Positions 38,640-46,993 of a stretch of 64,000 bases of DNA are shown here, in pieces (the first letter of the stretch is position 1; every line of letters begins with the position of its first letter). Below the pieces are notes generated by a model, which saw only the letters and a program-made list of their open reading frames with translations, was not told the DNA's origin and made no database searches. This stretch comes from an uncultured Oscillospiraceae bacterium (lineage in GTDB: Bacteria > Bacillota > Clostridia > Oscillospirales > Ruminococcaceae), in the NCBI GenBank assembly GCA_910577565.1, contig CAJTNJ010000003.1:25090-89089 (forward strand). Reading direction: 5' to 3'. Both the position numbers and the translations under genes were made by a program.

Positions 38640-39315
38640 CTACTAATTTGGCTCAATCCTAAATTTTGTGTAAACTCAAAAAAGAGATGTAAAACAGAGT
38701 GAAAATATATTTTTAAGAGGTCAGGTATCGAACTCTTGATTGCATTGTAGTGGAAAGCGGTAATATTGTCAAGACAACGAAATCGTTCATCTTGACCCTT
38801 GACAAGCAAGCCATTTTTGCTAATCGAACATTCTATCGCCAAAGTAGATGGTCAACTGAGCGTGAATCATACTCTAGTCCCGCTATCTACCTATCTATTT
38901 TCTTGTTATGTCTATCATGGCAAGATACAGCATTTTAATAGGCTGTTATCGTTTGAAAATACTTTTTGGACTTTGTGACCTTTCTAAGCTGATAGTTGAA
39001 ACACTCTTTTAGTGTATTTTTGTTCAAAACATCAGTGAAGGTATCCAAGTCATACTACTAGCCAACAGCAGCATACACGGCTTCCAATCAGCCGAGTGCT
39101 TTGATATCCTTGTATTATGATTTCATTCAGAGGTTTAAATAATATTTAAAACAGTCTCATTTTCATTTTTACCGATCACAATCGCAATAACATCCATATT
39201 TCTCATTTGTGACATAATTATAGGTCTCCTATGATATTTTGATTTTATCATAGAAGACCTTTTTCTTCACTTGCATTTATTTATACTTTTTCTTACCTGC
39301 TCTTATATATTAAAT

Positions 39316-41541
39316 TTAATCTATTTTGCAATCTGTTATTTCTCCACTATTTTTCCCTGCAAAGCTATCTAAAGTTATATTTTCACCATTTACTTTTCCT
39401 GTTGCATTACATTCGGTTATTATTCCACAGTTAAATCCTGTAAATCCACCTACTAATAAATTTCCAATTACATTTCCTTTCGCTTTACAGTTAGTTATTC
39501 CGTTGTCAAAATAAAAATTATTCCACCCTACAAATCCACCTACATTTCCATTTCCTTTTATATTTCCTTCTGCATCACAGTTAGTTATTATTCCCCTATT
39601 ATATCCTGAAAATCCACCTACATTATAATTACCTGTTACATCTCCTGTTGCAACACAATAAGTTATTATTCCTCTGCTAAATCCTGCAAAACCTCCTATA
39701 AAATCTGCTCCATTCACAGTCCCTGTTGCATTGCAGTTAGTTATTGTTCCATTATTATTCCATCCTACAAATCCACCTACAACCACTTTTCCATTTGCAT
39801 TTCCTGTTGCTATACAACTATTTATTTCACCTTTATTATACCATACAAACCCACCTACACCAAAATTATTACTTTTAACCGATAACGTTGTTTCACTGTT
39901 TGTTATTGTACCTTTGTTTTCATAGACAAACCCTGCTTTAATATTTGCATCTTCACTATTCATATCTATTGAGCAGTTATCTATTACTCCACCTTCTTCA
40001 TTAGTTACAGCAAATCCGCCTCTAATGCTGCTGTCATTGATTAATTTGCCGCCATTGAAGTTAATGTTTGATATCTTTCCATTGTTGGTTTTAACAAAAC
40101 ACTTAAATGACAAATTGCTTATGGTGTGGTCGCCTCCATCAAATTGTCCGCTAAATGTTTCTATGTAATCAAACGTCTCATTTTGCATGTCTAGATCGCA
40201 TGTCAACGTAACTTTTTGATTATTTCCCCAATATGCAGGTGTTGTCATAAATGTTACAAAGTCGTCTTTGCTGCTTATTAAAAATATTATTTTATTGACT
40301 GGCATACCACAGAAAGTATCTCCTTCATAGTTAGTCGGAACATTTACTGAGGTTAAGCTAGTGCAGCCCTCAAATACAGTAGTTGAATTTGTCGGTTCAG
40401 ATATTCCGTTATAAGTTACAGAAGTCAAACTACTGCATCTATAAAACGTTCTAGCCCCAATCGATGTTACACCATTACCTATTGTTACAGAAGTCAAATT
40501 ACTACAGTTAGAAAACGCACTAGCCCCAATCGATTGCACACCATTACCTATAGTTATAGAAGTCAAACTACTACATTTATAAAACGCATAACTCTCAATT
40601 GTTTGTACATTGTCTGGGATGGAATAAGATGTATCTGTTTTCCTTGCAGGATATAGTATTAGAGCAGCGCCATCTTTAGAAAAGAGTACACCATTTTCAG
40701 ATTTATAATTAGCATTACCCCCACTAACATTAATTGATTGTAAACCACTGCAACCATAAAACGCATAACTCCCAATCGATTGCACACCATTACCTATAGT
40801 TACAGAAGCCAAACTACTGCAGCTCATAAACGCACTAGACCCAATCGATTGCACACTGTCTGGTATAGCTACAGTAGTCAAACTACTGCAGCCATCAAAC
40901 GCCCTCTCACCAATCGATGTCACACTGTCTGGTATAGTTATAGAAGTCAAACTACTGCAGCTCCTAAACGCACTCTCCCCAATCGTTTGCACACTGTTTG
41001 GGATAGTTACAGAAGTCAAACCACTGCAACCATAAAACGCACTAGTCCCAATCAATTGCACACTGTCTGGGATAGTTACAGATTTTAAACTACTGCAGCT
41101 CCTAAACGCACTCTCCCCAATCGTTTGCACACTGTTCTTTATTACTACACTTTTGATAGAATCTTTATAATCATTCCATGGGACAGAGTTAGAGGTATAA
41201 TTAAACATTGCTCCACTTCCAGAGATAGTTAAAGTCTCTCCATCAAATGTGTATGTAACATTAGTGCCACAAGTACCTGTATCTGTAGTTGCTAATATTT
41301 TTCGTTGTAGATTTTTTGTTTCAATATTTTTTGAAGGCTCAGGAACACTAGAAACCTCAGCTTCAAAAGGTTTCATAAAGACATCATTTGCCGCATAATC
41401 AGGCGCAACTACTGATTTAATGGGAGAGATATATGAAGAATTACTTGACTCTATACCAGCTGCACTCACTGACGGCGTTACGCTTGTCAACATTAAAAAA
41501 GACAGCGCCACTGATATAGCTCGTTTAAAATTGTTAGGCAT
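39316..41541 (-). CDS. Secreted surface protein with BspA-type leucine-rich repeats plus GLUG-motif repeats
   Basis: 741 aa with a signal peptide (…SVSAAG). About 12 units of 22-23 aa follow, such as SVTIPDSVQxIGxSAFxxCSSLT. Next is a head module FMTTPAYWGNN..LTCDLDM..FSGQFDGGDHTISNL, then repeated VGGFVGWNN.G.ITNC.ATG.V (GLUG) units. There is no LPXTG motif and no C-terminal TM helix. Confidence 0.85.
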   Translation of the reverse strand: MPNNFKRAISVALSFLMLTSVTPSVSAAGIESSNSSYISPIKSVVAPDYAANDVFMKPFEAEVSSVPEPSKNIETKNLQRKILATTDTGTCGTNVTYTFDGETLTISGSGAMFNYTSNSVPWNDYKDSIKSVVIKNSVQTIGESAFRSCSSLKSVTIPDSVQLIGTSAFYGCSGLTSVTIPNSVQTIGESAFRSCSSLTSITIPDSVTSIGERAFDGCSSLTTVAIPDSVQSIGSSAFMSCSSLASVTIGNGVQSIGSYAFYGCSGLQSINVSGGNANYKSENGVLFSKDGAALILYPARKTDTSYSIPDNVQTIESYAFYKCSSLTSITIGNGVQSIGASAFSNCSNLTSVTIGNGVTSIGARTFYRCSSLTSVTYNGISEPTNSTTVFEGCTSLTSVNVPTNYEGDTFCGMPVNKIIFLISSKDDFVTFMTTPAYWGNNQKVTLTCDLDMQNETFDYIETFSGQFDGGDHTISNLSFKCFVKTNNGKISNINFNGGKLINDSSIRGGFAVTNEEGGVIDNCSIDMNSEDANIKAGFVYENKGTITNSETTLSVKSNNFGVGGFVWYNKGEINSCIATGNANGKVVVGGFVGWNNNGTITNCNATGTVNGADFIGGFAGFSRGIITYCVATGDVTGNYNVGGFSGYNRGIITNCDAEGNIKGNGNVGGFVGWNNFYFDNGITNCKAKGNVIGNLLVGGFTGFNCGIITECNATGKVNGENITLDSFAGKNSGEITDCKID
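40340..41150 (-). repeat. In-frame ~69-bp tandem repeats encoding the LRR units
   Basis: Recurring ...caatcgattgcacac.gt.tgg.atagttacagaagtcaaactactgca... with a ~69-nt period throughout this interval. Confidence 0.75.
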
Positions 41542-42057
41542 AGTTAGCCCTCCTTAAGTAACAATTTATAGGTTTAAACTCTACCCTAAGTATAAACCTC
41601 ATTTTCCAAAATGACAATATTTTACAATCAATTTTTTCATATTTTACTAATATGAGCATTATCGACTTTTACTTTTAGTGCAAAACAAACATTTTTCATT
41701 GTATTTGTTAAAAACTATGCTAATGTATTAGTAGGGCACTAATTAGTGTTTCCCACTTTCTTCCTATTGTCAAATACTAATTTCATTCAAAAATACTTTA
41801 TATCTAAAGTTATTTTTTAATTCAAATAATAAATATTCTCTTTATCACTGTTACTTTATCTAATAGCTCTAAACCATATTCTTTTTTCAAATTCTTTAAA
41901 GAATTCTTTCCTATTTCGTATAATTTCTAGTACTTTAATTGCACTTTCATAATTTGCTTCTCTATCCTTAATTTTTTGTCAATCTCTTTTTCTTTACTCA
42001 TTAGTTTTAAGTACTCATTCTCTAGTGTCAAGAACTCTTTTTCATACTTATCTCTGT

Positions 42058-42471
42058 CTACTGAATTTTGTTGTTTCTTACATTTACTCTTGGTTGCTCG
42101 TACACATTAACAAGTTCTTCAAGCCACGAAGGTAATTTATCATCATTTTCTTCTATTTGCTCTTTTACGAACGAAGATAGAGAATTAGCATTTACTGTTT
42201 CATATATTAATGAACCATATCCTTTTTCTTTTAATGTTTTATATAACTCAATCTTTCTATCAGGTTTGCAATAGCTCCTAATCTTTTGCGTTATACAAAA
42301 CATAGTTCCATCTTTTGTAAAATTGTCTATCTCTTGTTCTTCCATAATGTCTAATAGCTTTTTGTTTACCTCTTCTATTTTTTGATTTATCTCTTTTGTT
42401 TTTGCTTCTAAATTTTGCTTTTTTTCTTTTAACTCTTTTAGCTTGTCCGCTAAATATAACATTTCGTTCAT
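42058..42471 (-). CDS. Phage Gp157-like protein (siphovirus replication-module protein)
   Basis: 137 aa. N-terminal coiled coil (LKELKEKKQNLEAKTKEINQKIEEVNKKLLDIMEE), then FTKDG..F.....+SY.....ELYKTLKEKGY..LI.E.VN..SL. The size and layout match Sipho_Gp157. It lies directly after an SNF2 helicase fragment. Confidence 0.55.
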   Translation of the reverse strand: MNEMLYLADKLKELKEKKQNLEAKTKEINQKIEEVNKKLLDIMEEQEIDNFTKDGTMFCITQKIRSYCKPDRKIELYKTLKEKGYGSLIYETVNANSLSSFVKEQIEENDDKLPSWLEELVNVYEQPRVNVRNNKIQ

Positions 42472-42474
42472 TGC

Positions 42475-42754
42475 TCATTCCTCTCCTTTTTCTATAAATG
42501 GGTTTTGCCATTCTTTTGCAAGACTTAACATTCTATCTGCTAGATTTACTTTGTGTTTAAGTGTCCTATACACCTTCTCGTCTATTGTCCCTTTTGCTAA
42601 TAGATAGTAGTAGGTACATTTTTTGTTTTGTCCTACTCTATGAATTCCTGCCTTTGATTGATTAAAGTTAGACATGCTGTAGTCAAGTGAATAGAACACC
42701 ATTTTATTGGCAGGTGTAAGGGTAATACCTAATTTAGCTGTTTTTATCTGTCCT
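42475..42754 (-). pseudogene. C-terminal fragment (3' exon) of a phage-type SNF2 helicase
   Basis: The frame reads GQIKTAKLGITLTPANKMVFYSLDYSMSNFNQSKAGIHRVGQNKKCTYYYLLAKGTIDEKVY, which is helicase motifs V-VI (..H R[IV]GQ..). No N-terminal ATPase part is present anywhere upstream. Confidence 0.7.
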
Positions 42755-43000
42755 ATAAAGAAGTGGCAGTAAGTTTATGAAACCTTCTCACAGAACCGTA
42801 CTTACCACTCTCAAGGTATACGGCTCCTTCTATCGCTTGATCTTGAATAACTTTTAAAATAATGAATGTTTGTGTGACACACTTTACATGCTACCAAAGT
42901 TTTTTGCCGTTTAGCTATCATCACACGTTCCCAAACTGACTTGCCTTTCAGATTTTTTACCTTGTTTATATGACGAAGTTCATAGCTTTTTGCTTCCGTT
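42755..43000 (-). mobile_element. Group II intron 3' relic (domain V, domain VI, HNH tail of the intron-encoded protein)
   Basis: Minus-strand 42826-42793 reads GAGCCGTATACCTTGAGAGTGGTAAGTACGGTTC. This matches the 34-nt domain V consensus (AGC triad, GNRA loop GAGA, 2-nt bulge). Downstream is a short helix with a bulged A (42764) ending ...CTTTAT at 42755. Upstream is the ORF remnant LCGITEAKSYELRHINKVKNLKGKSVWERVMIAKRQKTLVACKVCHTNIH (HNH/En-domain pattern). Confidence 0.8.
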
Positions 43001-43223
43001 ATGCCACATAATAAAGAAAAATATCGTTTATTTTATCTTCAATAAAGGAAACACTGGTTATTTCTTTTCCTTGCTCATTCATAGCTTCTAATGAACAATT
43101 TCTTTTTTTATTTCGCCTGTCTTGGTTTTCCTCTCTCCATTGTGCACGCATGTATTCTGTAAAAATTTCTTCTGATACTTCTACCTTCGTATCATTAATT
43201 TTTATGCAATATTTCTTTTCCAT
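42999..43223 (-). pseudogene. N-terminal fragment of a mobile-element sigma-70-like/regulatory protein, fused to the intron relic
   Basis: 74 aa. MEKKYCIKINDTKVEVSEEIFTEYMRAQWREENQDRR resembles the N-termini of the small sigma-like proteins of clostridial conjugative elements and phages. The reading frame runs into intron-derived sequence at about 43010 and stops. Confidence 0.4.
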
Positions 43224-43528
43224 TAATCTTTCTCTCTTTCTTCGTTTTTGGTCTATTTACGAAAAAAGAGAGGTGGTGCGCGAATATTTGCAAACAAAAA
43301 AGACGCAATGAAATCACTGAGTCTTTTTAAATTATCATTATTTTGCATATTAATTCATATTCATACAAATCAGTATGCAATATTTGATAATATACCATAG
43401 TATGCTTTTTTTATTAGTATATTATCAAATATTTATATATTATGTCACAATTGGGTATTGATTTGTTAATAAATAATTGATATTATATGTATATATTTTA
43501 TTTTTTTAATGAGAGAAGGAATATTAAA

Positions 43529-45802
43529 ATGCAAATAAAAAAAATATTGTCGACAATTTTAACAGTATGCATAGTTGTCACAAGCTTTCCGTTGGTAGTT
43601 CAAGCAACAGAACAAACTGAAGAAGAAACAGTTAGTTCAGTCACACAAGTTGTTGAAGAGATGGAAGAGATAGAGAACAAAATGCAAACAGCGCCGAAAC
43701 CAGCTTGGTTATGGCATTTTAATATAAATAGCAAAGACAAATTCATAGAATTCATGACTACACCTAAATATCATAAAAGCAATTATGAAGTAAATTTGCA
43801 CTGTGATATAGATATGGGAGGTGTAGCGCTGGGGCCAATAAATGAGTACAAAGGTAAATTTAATGGAAATGGACATGTAATAAGCAACATATCATTTAGT
43901 AATTGTTGTTTTGTTAACACTAATCACGGAACTATATCAGGAATTGTTTTTTTTAACCGGCAGCAAGCTAATGTTGTTCGTAATGGTAATGATACAGCAG
44001 GCTTTGTAATTATGAACTATGGAAATATAAATAACTGTATTAAAGAAAGTAATATTGTAGATGAAAATAGTGAATATAGTTATGTAGCAGGATTTGTATC
44101 ATGGAATTATGGGCAGATAACTGGATGCCAATCATTAGGAGAAGTAAGAGGCAAAGATGTTGTAGCAGGGTTTGTAGGAAAGAATGAAGGAACAATAACT
44201 GGATGTACAGCAGGAGGAAGAGTAATAGGAAATAAACGTGCAGGAGGTTTTGTAGGATGGAATATTGATAAAGGGAAAATAACTGGATGTCAAGCAACAG
44301 GAAATGTAACAGGAGAGGATAATATAGGAGGTTTTGTAGGAGAGAATGAAGGAACAATAACTGAATGTCAAGCAACAGGAAATGTAACAGGAAATGAATA
44401 TGTAGGAGGTTTTGCAGGAGATAATTCTTCTTTTGCAACAATAACCGACTGCACAGCAACAGGAGAAGCAACAGGAAATGAATATGTAGGAGGTTTTGTA
44501 GGTGAAAATTCTAATAATGGAACAATAACAAACTGCACAGCAACAGGAAATGTAACAGGAAATACTGATGTAGGAGGTTTTGTAGGATGGAATATTGATA
44601 AAGGAAAAATAACTGGATGTCAAGCAACAGGAAATGTAAATGGTCTTGTTTCTGTAGGAGGGTTTGTAGGGGAGAATCAAGAAGGTGGAATAATAACAAC
44701 CTGCACAGCAGAAGGAGAAGTAACAGGAAATACTGATGTAGGAGGTTTTGCAGGAGATAATATTTCTTTTTCATTAATTGCAACAATAACCAACTGCACA
44801 GCAAGAGGAAAAGTAAAAGGTAAAGAAACAGTAGGAGGGTTTGTTGGATTTAAACGTGGAATAATAACAAACTGCCATTCCACAGGTAATGTTGGGGTAA
44901 CTAGAAATAATCCGTTTGATGACACAATAGGAAATGGAAAAACGCTTGACAAAAAGAAAGTGGTAAAAGGAACAATAACGGGTATATTGTTAGCAGGAAC
45001 AGTAGGAGGAGTAGCTTTCGGAACAATAGGCTTTGATAAAGCAGGAAGTGCTTTAAGAAATGCATGGAATGGCGTGAAAACATTCTTCAATGAAAAAGTA
45101 ATGTCAAATTCAAACTATAAAAAGGTCATAGGAGCTTTAATTGCTTTTGGAATAGCAGCAATCATAATAATAGTTCCAATAGAAGAATTCCGTAAAAAGA
45201 ATCATATAGATATTCCGATAGGAGGATTTGTAGGATACAATGGTGGAAAAATAGAGAATTGCACATCAAGTGGTAAGGTAACAGTTGAAAAAGTGTCAAT
45301 GTGCGTTTCTGTAGGAGGATTTGCAGGATATAATGAAGTAACGGGAACAATAACCAACTGCGAAGCAGAAGAATATGTGCACGCAAACACAAAATTGTCA
45401 GGAAAAGCAGGAGGATTTGTAGGGGATAATAATGGGATGATATATGAATCAAAATTTAATGGAGAGAGAGTATATCTAAGTACAGGGATATTATATAAAG
45501 ATGATTGTTGTGGAGGATTTGCAGGAAAGAATAGCGCAGGAGGAGTAATAGACTGGTGCGAAGTAGGAGAAGTAAAGGCAGAACCTGTGGGATATGGTAA
45601 AAAAGTAGGGAAAGGAATAACAACAGTAGAGACAACAAACAAAACCAAAGGAGGAGGATTAGTAGGAGTAGCAGGGAAATTGTCGAACACAACAAATTGT
45701 ACATATAAAACAAGAAGAAAAGTAAATATAGGAGAAGTAGGAGTAAAAGTTTGTTATAAAATAGAGACAGGAGCAATAGTAATAAATTGTTATTCAAAGT
45801 AG
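43529..45802 (+). CDS. Secreted GLUG-motif repeat protein with an internal two-helix membrane hairpin
   Basis: The start is at ATG 43529 (MQIKKILSTILTVCIVVTSFPLVVQA) behind GAGAGAAGGAA. It has an acidic linker, then the head module FMTTPKYHKSNYEVNLHCDIDM..YKGKFNGNGHVISNI, which is homologous to the one in 39316-41541. Many VGGFVG.N.G.IT.C.ATG.V units follow. Hydrophobic segments ITGILLAGTVGGVAFGTIGF and VIGALIAFGIAAIIIIVPI sit mid-protein, with more GLUG units after them. Confidence 0.85.
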   Translation: MQIKKILSTILTVCIVVTSFPLVVQATEQTEEETVSSVTQVVEEMEEIENKMQTAPKPAWLWHFNINSKDKFIEFMTTPKYHKSNYEVNLHCDIDMGGVALGPINEYKGKFNGNGHVISNISFSNCCFVNTNHGTISGIVFFNRQQANVVRNGNDTAGFVIMNYGNINNCIKESNIVDENSEYSYVAGFVSWNYGQITGCQSLGEVRGKDVVAGFVGKNEGTITGCTAGGRVIGNKRAGGFVGWNIDKGKITGCQATGNVTGEDNIGGFVGENEGTITECQATGNVTGNEYVGGFAGDNSSFATITDCTATGEATGNEYVGGFVGENSNNGTITNCTATGNVTGNTDVGGFVGWNIDKGKITGCQATGNVNGLVSVGGFVGENQEGGIITTCTAEGEVTGNTDVGGFAGDNISFSLIATITNCTARGKVKGKETVGGFVGFKRGIITNCHSTGNVGVTRNNPFDDTIGNGKTLDKKKVVKGTITGILLAGTVGGVAFGTIGFDKAGSALRNAWNGVKTFFNEKVMSNSNYKKVIGALIAFGIAAIIIIVPIEEFRKKNHIDIPIGGFVGYNGGKIENCTSSGKVTVEKVSMCVSVGGFAGYNEVTGTITNCEAEEYVHANTKLSGKAGGFVGDNNGMIYESKFNGERVYLSTGILYKDDCCGGFAGKNSAGGVIDWCEVGEVKAEPVGYGKKVGKGITTVETTNKTKGGGLVGVAGKLSNTTNCTYKTRRKVNIGEVGVKVCYKIETGAIVINCYSK

Positions 45803-45899
45803 TGAATTGGATAAAAATTACATAATAAACCGGCTAATTTAATATTAAAAATAAAGATAATTTGAGCACCGTGTATTAGGATTTTTGTATGAAATACGC

Positions 45900-46527
45900 C
45901 AAAATTATCTTAAAAGAAAGAAAAAGATATTTAGAGTGTCATTGTAAGATTTCAATATATTAACAAATATCAAAATTAACACCTTCTACTGTAAAAGTAT
46001 GACTTTTATATTTGAAATATCAATGCTTACCACTATAGCATATATTTTGATAGCTTGGATTTGCATCAGAATAGTAATATTTGCTTTTGGTGTTTTGTCA
46101 GTTATATTTTGTATCCTTTTTTCATTTTTATCAAACATAATATCATAACCTACTATTTGCCCCGGTTTTCTTGTTACAAACGTTATCAGATAATTTTTGT
46201 TTTTCTCTTTCTACATAACTGTAAAGTTCGTCCGTTTTTATTACTTCTTTAGAGCTTTTTTCTTTTTGGCTCAGACTTCTATTCTTATATTTTTTATTTA
46301 ATGCTTTTATGCAATGATTTATTTATTTTCATTATTCTTCCTACTGCTCTTTCACTGTTCCATTCATAAAATATTTGTATTGTCTTCTTTTTAAACTCCT
46401 CATCATAATTTAATTCTGTTATGAATTTTCTTCTGCACTTTTTACACTGATATTGCTATTTATCTTTCGATTTCCCTGCTTTCCATGATTTTTTGTTTCT
46501 GCATTTCGAACATTTTATCTTTTCCAT
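45900..46527 (-). mobile_element. IS1-family transposase relic (stops and frameshifts)
   Basis: The minus strand from ATG 46527 reads MEKIKCSKCRNKKSWKAGKSKDK.QYQCKKCRRKF (InsA-type zinc finger), then ERAVGRIMKINKSL (HTH). Next come DELYSYVEKEKNKNYLITFVTRKPGQIVGYDI and YYSDANPSYQNI...KSHTFTVEGVN (InsB-type DDE blocks) in shifted frames. Confidence 0.7.
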
Positions 46528-46572
46528 ATATCTATTATATTTTATTTAGACACTCCCCATGTCTGCAAAACC

Positions 46573-46601
46573 TTGACAAGGTATAGTTTATATGTTAATA
46601 T
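46573..46601 (+). promoter_or_regulatory. Candidate sigma-A promoter of the rplU operon
   Basis: TTGACA (46573-46578) - 17 nt - TAATAT (46596-46601). Confidence 0.55.
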
Positions 46602-46675
46602 ATAAATCACCGCATGTTGTAGGTATAAGTGCGCCATGCGACGCCTGCTACAGCGAGTTTATAGGAAAGAAGAAT
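46602..46675 (+). promoter_or_regulatory. Structured 5' leader of rplU (candidate L21 leader)
   Basis: A GC-rich nested hairpin (ttgtagg...gtgcgccatgcgacgc...cctgctacag) sits in an otherwise AT-rich leader directly upstream of the rplU RBS. Firmicutes carry a conserved L21 leader at this position. I did not verify the match to the covariance model. Confidence 0.4.
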
Positions 46676-46681
46676 ATTAAA

Positions 46682-46993
46682 ATGTATGCAGTAATTGAAA
46701 CTGGTGGTAAACAGTATCGTGTTAATGTTGGTGATACAATTTATGTTGAAAAGCTAAAAGTTGAGGACGGAAGCGATTTTTCATTTGACAAGGTTATTGC
46801 TGTTGGTAAAGATGATGGGATTGTTGTAGGTGATCCTTATGTAAATGGTGCAACAGTTTCCGCTAAAGTTATTAAAAGCGGTAAGTCTAAGAAGATAACG
46901 GTTTTTACTTATAAACCAAAAAAAGATTCAAAAAGAAAAATTGGTCATAGACAGCCCTACACTAAGCTTGAGATAAAGGCAATCAATGCATAA
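46682..46993 (+). CDS. rplU: 50S ribosomal protein L21
   Basis: [14 protein letters not shown]... is the canonical L21 N-terminus, behind GGAAAGAAG. The track ORF start 46592 lies inside the leader. Confidence 0.95.
   Translation: MYAVIETGGKQYRVNVGDTIYVEKLKVEDGSDFSFDKVIAVGKDDGIVVGDPYVNGATVSAKVIKSGKSKKITVFTYKPKKDSKRKIGHRQPYTKLEIKAINA

Noticed and set aside
40340-41150. Regularly spaced direct repeats, considered as a possible CRISPR array. The same question applies to 44100-44900.
   Set aside because: The repeats are contiguous 66-69-nt in-frame coding units of a long ORF (LRR and GLUG units). There are no unique spacers, no leader and no cas genes in the window.
44040-45797. A cluster of minus-strand ORFs rich in L, F, C and S inside the GLUG gene.
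   Set aside because: They are reverse-frame artefacts of the repetitive GGAGGTTTTGTAGGA-type codons. The plus-strand frame has a signal peptide, an RBS and clear family motifs.
42755-45802. A diversity-generating retroelement acting on the repeat proteins, considered because reverse-transcriptase-related sequence sits between the two variable-looking surface-protein genes.
   Set aside because: The RT-related remnant is the HNH tail of a group II intron protein with a typical domain V. I found no template/variable repeat pair with A-specific mismatches.
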